Positions 1-6,233 of a DNA stretch of 11,803 bases are shown here, one piece after another. The first letter of the stretch is position 1. The number at the start of each line of letters is the position of its first letter. Source of the stretch: Myxococcota bacterium. GTDB taxonomy: Bacteria > Myxococcota > XYA12-FULL-58-9 > JALHOP01. Below the pieces are notes generated by a model, which had not been told where the DNA came from, ran no database searches, and was given only the letters and a program-made list of their open reading frames with translations. Made by a program: the position numbers and the translations under genes. The DNA lies in assembly GCA_041288095.1 (NCBI GenBank), contig JBGGMJ010000199.1, positions 1 to 11,803 on the forward strand, written 5' to 3'.

Positions 1-423
1 GTCGACGCCGAAAGCGATGCCGTTGCTCGCGGGATTCGCCTTACCGTCCGGGTTGAAGATCTCGAAGTAGGTCTGGTCGCCGTAGAAATAAATGCCGGTG
101 TAGGTGATGTCGCCGCGCTTGGTGGTGCGCTCCTCGAAGACACCGAACTGTTCCTTCAGGAGCTTCGAGTCGCGAATGGCCGCGTAGGTCGCGGTGTCGA
201 GCGTCACGTAGAAGTGATTGAGGTTGAGCGCCGCGAGCGCGCCGGCGCGGGAGGCTCCGGCGCCGGGTAGAGCCTTGGTCGTCCGCACGTTTGCTGGCGT
301 GGGAAAGGCGGAGGAGCTGATGGCCGGCGGGGGGTTGGGTAGGGCCGGCGCGGCGTTGGCGGCCGCGAGAAGCGGACAGAGAGCCGTGCTGATTCTTGCG
401 AAGGAGATCATGAGCAACAGCAT
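1..423 (-). CDS. DUF5829-like protein (predicted VOC/glyoxalase-like fold), 3' end truncated by the window edge
   Basis: Not in the ORF track; translated by hand from ATG at 423: MLLLMISFARISTALCPLLAAANAAPALPNPPP...ALNLNHFYVTLDTATYAAIRDSKLLKEQFGVFEERTTKRGDITYTGIYFYGDQTYFEIFNPDGKANPASNGIAFGVD. The motifs LNHFYxxLD, ERTT and YTGIYFYGxxTYFE match my recollection of DUF5829. A hydrophobic, Pro/Ala-rich N-terminal leader precedes them. Alternative start: ATG at 411. Confidence 0.7.
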   Translation of the reverse strand, partial: MLLLMISFARISTALCPLLAAANAAPALPNPPPAISSSAFPTPANVRTTKALPGAGASRAGALAALNLNHFYVTLDTATYAAIRDSKLLKEQFGVFEERTTKRGDITYTGIYFYGDQTYFEIFNPDGKANPASNGIAFGVD

Positions 424-495
424 CGCTCGAGGAGCCGTCTTGGTGCGAGCCGAGGGGGCGCGCCGGCAGTGCGCCTGATCACTCGGTATAAATGG

Positions 496-2127
496 TTAGT
501 GTCCCCCTTTTCCCGCGCGATAGACGTGGACGCCCAGGCTTTCGACGTCGTCGACGAGGCGGCCGTCGATGAGGGGTAGGGTTCGTCCCTCGAAGAGGAC
601 GTCCGCGGAGGCGGCGCCGGGCAAGCCGTTCACCGCAACCTGGATGCTCGCGTCTTCAGCGGAGCTGACGACGATGACGAAGACATATCCATCATAGCGG
701 ACGGCCAAGAAGTCCGCGCTCGGGTAGTCCATCATCGCGGCGTCCGGCTCGTCGGGGAGGAAGGGGGGCGTTCGCGGCGGTCCAGCGAGGAGGTCCAGCG
801 AGACGCCTGCTTCCTTGGTGCCGTAGAGCAGCGCTCCCTCGAGATTCTCGGGACCGGTGAGGGCTTTGGCGGCGTTGCAAAGGGCCGCCCACGAAGCCGT
901 CAGCTCCGGGGTGACGTGACGGTAGACGTGCGCGTAAACGATCAACGCACGCGCCCCGGAAACGATGGCTTGCCAGAAGTCGTGGACGCTGCCTTGCGCC
1001 GTGGTCGGGCGGGTCGGCCAGGAGACGCCGCTGTAGTCGAAGAGCTCGAGATACGCGGCCACCGTCTTGTCGCCGTGGAGATAGTCGCGGCCCACCGATG
1101 CGCCCGCCTTGGCGATGGCTTCGACGGTCGACTCGACGCGCCAGCGCGTCCAAGCGTGAGGCTGCCCTTTGTATTGTGAATAGATGCTGGCCGGGACCAC
1201 ATCGAGAGCCGGGACGTACTCCGCTATGGCGTCCACGCCGTAGTGCCCCGGGATGTACATGAGGTTGGGGCGTTGGGCGGGGTCATAGACGCGCGTCCAG
1301 GAGGCGTAGCTATTCACCACGTCCATCTCACCCGCGTACCAATAGCGCTGCTCTTCGGGCAGCGACCACCACACCATGGACCCCTTGGCCGCGCGCTCGG
1401 CGATGACTCCGCTCATGTACGACTCGGAGTAGGGAAAGCACCCTCCGGAGGCGCCGCAGCCGGCAAAGTAGTTCTGTGCGTCGAGCGCCGCCCAGGCGAG
1501 GAACCCCTGGCTAGCGGCCTGGTCGATGAACGCCGGACTGATACCACCGTCAGACCAGTAGCTACTCCAATACGAGTCGGCGACGTTCCACCCCGCCGCC
1601 AGCGCTTCCTGCATCGCGGCTGGATCCGTGAGCTCCGCGCTCAACAACACCAAGCCGAAACGCTCGCCCTGCGGATAGATGCCTCCCTCGAACGCGCTAC
1701 GCTTGCTCTCCACCGAGAACGTCATGGCCGCGCTCCACCGTCCGTGGCCAACGTCATTCGCGGCGCGCACCCACCAGGTCGCTGATCCCATGCTGAGGGC
1801 GAGGTCGGGTGTGAGGCTGCACGTTCCGGCAACACAGTGGGTGTCGCCAGGGTAACCCTCCTGCCAAAAGATGTTTCCAGTGCTGCTCTCGATGACGAAG
1901 AGCTCGTAGAAGCTCGCGCCGCTGGCGGCTTCCCACTGAAACGTGGGCCGAGGGCTCGCTCCGCTCCCCGAAGGTGCAATGAGGACTGGAGCCGGCGGCA
2001 CGTCAGCCGCGAACATCACCATCGGCGGGAGGCTCGTGAATGCCCCGTCCGGAGCCTCGATCCCGCTCGAGCAACGCGTTAGCCCAAGCGCGAACGCGCA
2101 CATCCATATCGGCACCTGTATGCGCAT
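496..2127 (-). CDS. Putative secreted protein or lipoprotein (543 aa): Fn3/Ig-like domain, glycoside-hydrolase-like TIM barrel and C-terminal beta-sandwich
   Basis: Start reassigned from 2382 to ATG at 2127, which has GGGAG 6 nt upstream. Signal-like N-terminus MRIQVPIWMCAFALGLTRC. Fn3-like segment P-x-L-x-x-P...PTFQW...YELFV...WWVRAAN..G.WS...F. The barrel region has WWSLPEE, DVVPASIY and FWQAIVSGARALIVY, and the C-terminus reads VLFEGRTLPLIDGRLVDDVESLGVHVY, all reminiscent of uncharacterised GH-A-like proteins. Confidence 0.65.
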   Translation of the reverse strand: MRIQVPIWMCAFALGLTRCSSGIEAPDGAFTSLPPMVMFAADVPPAPVLIAPSGSGASPRPTFQWEAASGASFYELFVIESSTGNIFWQEGYPGDTHCVAGTCSLTPDLALSMGSATWWVRAANDVGHGRWSAAMTFSVESKRSAFEGGIYPQGERFGLVLLSAELTDPAAMQEALAAGWNVADSYWSSYWSDGGISPAFIDQAASQGFLAWAALDAQNYFAGCGASGGCFPYSESYMSGVIAERAAKGSMVWWSLPEEQRYWYAGEMDVVNSYASWTRVYDPAQRPNLMYIPGHYGVDAIAEYVPALDVVPASIYSQYKGQPHAWTRWRVESTVEAIAKAGASVGRDYLHGDKTVAAYLELFDYSGVSWPTRPTTAQGSVHDFWQAIVSGARALIVYAHVYRHVTPELTASWAALCNAAKALTGPENLEGALLYGTKEAGVSLDLLAGPPRTPPFLPDEPDAAMMDYPSADFLAVRYDGYVFVIVVSSAEDASIQVAVNGLPGAASADVLFEGRTLPLIDGRLVDDVESLGVHVYRAGKGGH

Positions 2128-2309
2128 GGTCGGCTCCCAATGCTCCATGCAGGTGGCCTGGGAGACTTTCCTCGAGGTCGTGACGAGGTGTCCCCGTCGC
2201 GGCCAGCTGATTTGCGAATCAACCGACCTCTGACGGCGATAACCGAGCTGAACGCGAAACCCGATAGTCGGCGGTTTGTCTTCCGCGCGGAATACCAGGT
2301 GTGACGGCG

Positions 2310-3383
2310 ATGGATTTGGCGACCTTTCTCGGCAAGTGGGACAACGGCCTCGGGGTGCGGGCGCGGCAGAACGACCGGGCATTGCACGCCTCGGAGATCG
2401 ATCGATCGGGTGGCGTCGCCGCCTTTCTCGGTGACCTGCGGCAGCTCAGGCCGGATGAGCAGCAGACCGTCACGCGCATGCTTCAGGACGTCGCCATGCG
2501 CGACCAAGTCGAGGGTGCGCTCGACCCGACTCTTGCCCGCTTCCTGCAAGAGTTCGACCGCAACAACAACCACGCTCTCGATGTCTCCGAGGTCGGCGGT
2601 GCTGCCTTTCAGCGGTTCCGTACGGCGGCGTCGGCTCTGTCCCCGCAAACGCGACGACGGGTCGCTGAACGCATCTCCGACTCGGTCTTGCAGCAGGTCG
2701 GCCCGACAATCGCCGAGGCATTGCCCGAGACATTCAACCCCCATGACTTCGGGGCGCTGCGTTTCATCGACCGCGCCGACCGACAGCTCGGCGAACGCGC
2801 CCGCGCCTTCTTGCGCGAGACGCTCCACCTCGATCCCGCGGTGCTCACCAGCGGACTACGTCGAGAGCACCTCGGAGCACCGGTCATCCCCGCAACCCCA
2901 GCGCAAGCGATCGTTCGCGATCTGCGCGCCGAGATCGGCGAGCGCTCCATGAGCCTCGTCGAGCTGGGTCGCTTCGTGGCCGCGCGCGCCGACCGACGGA
3001 CGGTGACGCTCAGCGTCGCGGACCTTGCCGAGGGACTCGCTCGGGAGCCGCAGCGCTTCGAGGGCAACCGTTTCGAGGTGAGCGGCTACGCTCGCGAGAT
3101 CTCCAGAGAGGAGGGCAAGTACCTCAGCTACAGCTTCTTGAAGGAGAAATGGGTCCGTGTGCCCTACGTCGAGGCGGTTGCTCGCCTAGGCGAAAGCCCC
3201 GGAGCGAGCGGTCCTGGCGTCGAGGTGTTCGAGCGCCAAGACGGAAGCAAGCTGCTCTCGGGTTTCTGGCTCTCGATGTCCGACCCGCGGCCGACCGCCC
3301 GCGATGCGAACCAGCGCATGAGCGTCGTCGGCACGATCCGTCGATCCGAGGGCGGTGCGTATCGCTTGTTCGCGGAACGCTAG
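2310..3383 (+). CDS. Hypothetical protein with an EF-hand loop and a possible C-terminal OB-fold-like domain
   Basis: Long ORF with GC-rich third codon positions (GTG at 2301 or ATG at 2310). It contains FLQEF-DRNNNHALDVSE-V, a canonical EF-hand loop at 2556-2591. The C-terminal segment PQRFEGNRFEVSGYA...RMSVVGTIRR...YRLFAE resembles an OB-fold pattern. Confidence 0.7.
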   Translation: MDLATFLGKWDNGLGVRARQNDRALHASEIDRSGGVAAFLGDLRQLRPDEQQTVTRMLQDVAMRDQVEGALDPTLARFLQEFDRNNNHALDVSEVGGAAFQRFRTAASALSPQTRRRVAERISDSVLQQVGPTIAEALPETFNPHDFGALRFIDRADRQLGERARAFLRETLHLDPAVLTSGLRREHLGAPVIPATPAQAIVRDLRAEIGERSMSLVELGRFVAARADRRTVTLSVADLAEGLAREPQRFEGNRFEVSGYAREISREEGKYLSYSFLKEKWVRVPYVEAVARLGESPGASGPGVEVFERQDGSKLLSGFWLSMSDPRPTARDANQRMSVVGTIRRSEGGAYRLFAER

Positions 3384-3395
3384 GACTGCCCTAGG

Positions 3396-3839
3396 TCAGT
3401 CCATCGCGCGGGCGAGCACGAGATCGATGGCCCGACTCATCCGCTCACCGACGATATCATGGAGCCGCGCCACGGCCTTCGCATCGAGCACGGAGAGGAC
3501 CTCGGTTGCGCCGCCGTAGTCAGCGCTCGAGCGGAGCAAGTACTCCGCCCATGCGCCGTCGCGCTCAGCAATCGCGTCACTCAAGCGCTGGTACAAAGCG
3601 TGGTTGCGAATGGCGAGGGCAAGGACGCGCGTCTGCGGCTCGATTTCGAATGGGTCTCCATCGAAGACCGCTAAAGCGGCGTCGAAGTCGGCATCGCTGA
3701 CCCCGCCGGACACGGTCTCGCGCAGCTTGGCGCGGCACGCGGCGTCGAGGGGGGCTGGGATCAGCTCCTCTTGAATGACTTCAGGAGCACTCGTCTCGGG
3801 CGCACTCGGCGCCTCTACCCAAGCTTCAAACCAGGCCAT
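3396..3839 (-). CDS. Hypothetical acidic, helical protein (147 aa)
   Basis: ATG at 3839 (MAWFEAWVEAPSAPE...) is preceded by AAGGGG and a sigma28-like promoter. The upstream extension to 4103 in the ORF track overlaps the divergent gene and reads as non-coding. Confidence 0.7.
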   Translation of the reverse strand: MAWFEAWVEAPSAPETSAPEVIQEELIPAPLDAACRAKLRETVSGGVSDADFDAALAVFDGDPFEIEPQTRVLALAIRNHALYQRLSDAIAERDGAWAEYLLRSSADYGGATEVLSVLDAKAVARLHDIVGERMSRAIDLVLARAMD

Positions 3840-3868
3840 CCGTACCCCTTTGGCTCGTGGGGGTTCAT

Positions 3869-3895
3869 TTATCGGCAATACGACCGGGGAGTTGC
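3869..3895 (-). promoter_or_regulatory. sigma28/FliA-like promoter for the 3839-3396 gene
   Basis: The minus strand reads GCAA-CTCCCCGGTCGTATT(15 nt)-GCCGATAA. This is a perfect FliA -10 octamer with the canonical 15-nt spacer, ending 29 nt before the ATG. Confidence 0.65.
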
Positions 3896-3939
3896 CTCGA
3901 CGGGTGACACCAGCAGCTCGAGGACTGGTGCACTGCGGC

Positions 3940-3966
3940 GCAACTGCATGGCGACCCCGCCGATAG
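3940..3966 (+). promoter_or_regulatory. sigma28/FliA-like promoter for the 3975-4319 gene
   Basis: The plus strand reads GCAA-CTGCATGGCGACCCC(15 nt)-GCCGATAG. It has the same GCAACT -35 and the same spacing as the opposite-strand copy, with a 7/8 match to the FliA -10. Confidence 0.6.
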
Positions 3967-3974
3967 GGGCTGAC

Positions 3975-4319
3975 ATGAATACATCGCCTTATAAGTCTGT
4001 TTCCAACACTGACGCCGCACAGCAAACCGCCACGAGCAGCACTGGTCCGAAGTGGGAAACACTGATCGCTGAGGCCTTTGCCGCGGCGTTTCCGCCACGG
4101 CAATCGAGCATTCTCGAGCTCGACCTCAAGAGCCTCGTGTTTGCCCGCGAGGGTGGCGGACCGCTGTTCTTCTCGGGGACGGCGAAGCGCTCCGCCGGCG
4201 GCATCGCCCGCAACATCGCGATGGGCAGTGTCGAAGTTCAGGGCACCATCGACGCCAACAACAAAGTCACGTTCACCAAGCCCGCCGGCAACTCCGGTCA
4301 GGGCGTCGCGTCGCTCTAG
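3975..4319 (+). CDS. Hypothetical protein (114 aa) with a Ser/Thr-rich N-terminus
   Basis: ATG at 3975 (MNTSPYKSVSNTDAAQQTATSSTGPKWETLIAEAF...) is preceded by AGGGG. Downstream codon usage is GC3-rich. Its stop overlaps the DUF1015 stop at CTAG 4316-4319. Confidence 0.65.
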   Translation: MNTSPYKSVSNTDAAQQTATSSTGPKWETLIAEAFAAAFPPRQSSILELDLKSLVFAREGGGPLFFSGTAKRSAGGIARNIAMGSVEVQGTIDANNKVTFTKPAGNSGQGVASL

Positions 4320-5521
4320 AAACGGTGTAGCACCAGACCGTCGCGCAGCTTCGGCTCGAACCAGGTGCTCTTCGGGGGCATGACGTTTTCGCTATCTGCG
4401 ATAGCGAATAGATCGTCGATCGATGTCGGGTGCAGGCTGAAAGCCACGGCCTCGCCCGCGTCGACGCGCTTCACCAGCTCTTGATCACCGCGGATGCCGC
4501 CCACGAAGGCGATGCGGGTGTCGCGGCGTGGATCCTTGATGCCGAGGATCGGCGCGAGCAGGCGATCTTGCAGGATGCTGACGTCGAGCCGGCCAACCGG
4601 GTCCGTGGGGACGTTGCCCGCTTCGAGCGTGTGCCAGCGACCTTGCAGGTACATGCCGAAGACGTGCGAGCGGCTCTGGGGCTTGCCCTCACGCACGCTG
4701 AATTGCTCGCCGACCTTATTCAAGAAGGCGTCCGGCGAGAGACCATTCAGGTCCTTCACCACGCGGTTGTACGGCAGGATGCGCACTTCGTCGGCCGGGA
4801 ACGACACGGACAGAAACATCTCGGTGTCCGCTGAAGCGGAGCCGCCGGCGCGATGGGCTTGCGCGACCCGTGCCGCCGCGGCGCTGCGGTGGTGGCCGTC
4901 GGCGATGTAGATGGGCCCGATGGCGTCGAACGCCTGCTGCAGCGTTGCGATCGCCTTGGGATCGTCGATGGTCCAGAGCTCGTGCGTGACCCCGTCCGGC
5001 GCCTTGAACGACGTGTGCGGCTTCTGGGCGCGGGCCTTGGCGATTTCAGCGGCGACGACATCGTTCTTCGGGTGAACGAGGAACACCTTGCCGGTCTGCG
5101 CCCGCGTCGTCTCGATGTGACGAACGCGGTCGTTCTCTTTGTCGGGCCTGGTGAATTCGTGCTTGCGCACGAAGTTGCGCTCGTATTCGGCGACCGAGGC
5201 GCCGAAGACGAGGCCGGTCTGCGTATGGCCGCCCATGGTGAGCGCGTACACGTAGAACGACGGCTTGCTGTCGCGCACCAAGACGCCGTCGGCGATCAGC
5301 TTCTCGAGGTTCGTCGAGCCCGTCGCGTAGACCACCTCGGCATAGTGGTCGGTGGCGGGCGGCAGATCGATCTCGGGCTTGGTGACGTGCAGGAACGAGC
5401 GCGCGTCGCCGGCCAAGGCAAGCGCCTCGTCGCGATCGACGACGTCATATGGAACCGAGGCGACCGCGGCCGCGAGCTCGGGTCGTGGGCGAAAGGCGCG
5501 CAGCGGAGAGATGGTCGCCAT
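4316..5521 (-). CDS. DUF1015 family protein (ParB/Srx-like core)
   Basis: Family hallmarks are present: N-terminal PLRAFRP...SVPYDVV, SFLHVTKPE, RKHEFT, IYIADGHHRSAAA, ILPYNRVV, LDVSILQ and C-terminal MPPKSTWFEPKLRDGL. Length 401 aa. Confidence 0.92.
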   Translation of the reverse strand: MATISPLRAFRPRPELAAAVASVPYDVVDRDEALALAGDARSFLHVTKPEIDLPPATDHYAEVVYATGSTNLEKLIADGVLVRDSKPSFYVYALTMGGHTQTGLVFGASVAEYERNFVRKHEFTRPDKENDRVRHIETTRAQTGKVFLVHPKNDVVAAEIAKARAQKPHTSFKAPDGVTHELWTIDDPKAIATLQQAFDAIGPIYIADGHHRSAAAARVAQAHRAGGSASADTEMFLSVSFPADEVRILPYNRVVKDLNGLSPDAFLNKVGEQFSVREGKPQSRSHVFGMYLQGRWHTLEAGNVPTDPVGRLDVSILQDRLLAPILGIKDPRRDTRIAFVGGIRGDQELVKRVDAGEAVAFSLHPTSIDDLFAIADSENVMPPKSTWFEPKLRDGLVLHRF

Positions 5522-5527
5522 CGCCGT

Positions 5528-6166
5528 CTACTTCTTGCGATAGGCTTTGGTGATGACGACGGGCTGCGCCGGAACGTCACGCATGCCGGCGGGGAGCTGC
5601 ATGGTCGCGCACTGCTGCGCGTTACCCGGGCAGGTCGGCAGCGCCTTGATCTTGTCGACGGTGTCCATGCCAGCAATGACCTCGCCGAAGACGGCATAGC
5701 CGTAGCCGCGCGGGTCGGGGCTGGTGAAGTCGAGGCGCGCGTTGTCGACGACGTTGACGAAGAACTGCGAGGTCGCGCTGTTCACTTCGCTGGTGCGCGC
5801 CATGGCCACGGTGCCGCGCAGGTTCTTCAGGCCGTTGTCCGCCTCGTTCTTGATGGCGCCGCGCGTCGGCTGCTTCTGCCGCATGTCGGGGGTGAAGCCG
5901 CCGCCTTGCACCATGAAGCCGTTGATCACGCGGTGAAAGACGAGGCCGTTGTAAAAGCCTTCGTCGACGTACTTGAGGAAGTTCTCGGCGGAGACCGGCG
6001 CCTTCTCGGCGTTCACGCGGATGGTGAAGTTGCCCGACGAGGTTTCGAAGATGACGTCGGTGGTCTTGGCGGCGGGTGCCGGCGCCTTGGCGGGCTCGGC
6101 GGCATGCGCGGCAAGCGGCAGGAGAATGAGGGCAGTGGCGGCAACGAGAGCGCGGACGATCGACAT
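5528..6166 (-). CDS. ppiA: Cyclophilin-type peptidyl-prolyl cis-trans isomerase, exported (PpiA-like), 212 aa
   Basis: Motifs APVSAENFLKYV, FHRVINGFMVQGGGF, IKNEADNGLKN.RGTVAMART, SATSQFFVN and GYAVFGEV. Sec signal peptide MSIVRALVAATALILLPLAAHA. Start reassigned to ATG at 6166. Confidence 0.93.
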   Translation of the reverse strand: MSIVRALVAATALILLPLAAHAAEPAKAPAPAAKTTDVIFETSSGNFTIRVNAEKAPVSAENFLKYVDEGFYNGLVFHRVINGFMVQGGGFTPDMRQKQPTRGAIKNEADNGLKNLRGTVAMARTSEVNSATSQFFVNVVDNARLDFTSPDPRGYGYAVFGEVIAGMDTVDKIKALPTCPGNAQQCATMQLPAGMRDVPAQPVVITKAYRKK

Positions 6167-6233
6167 GCGTGTTTTCCCTGTGCGTTGGACGTCGTGGGAC
6201 GAGTTTTTATGCGAGCAACACGGGCGGAACAAG

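Noticed and set aside
218..478. 86-aa plus-strand ORF
   Set aside because: It is antisense to the DUF5829-like gene, is low-complexity and starts with TTG.
2257..2277. Imperfect inverted repeat AAAC-CCGA-TAG-TCGG-CG-GTTT as a terminator or ncRNA
   Set aside because: The stem is short with a bulge, and it lies between divergent genes where no terminator is expected. There is too little to call a structured RNA.
2079..2828. 249-aa minus-strand ORF
   Set aside because: It is mostly the in-register antisense shadow of the EF-hand protein gene.
5522..5530. Possible amber read-through fusing ppiA to DUF1015 (same frame, TAG ACG GCG ATG)
   Set aside because: Both proteins are complete on their own, one exported and one cytoplasmic. 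An in-frame arrangement arises one time in three by chance, and I see no recoding signal.
6195..6212. TGGGACGAGTTTTTATGC as a possible sigma54 promoter
   Set aside because: The GG-to-GC spacing is not the required 10 nt, and it points away from ppiA.
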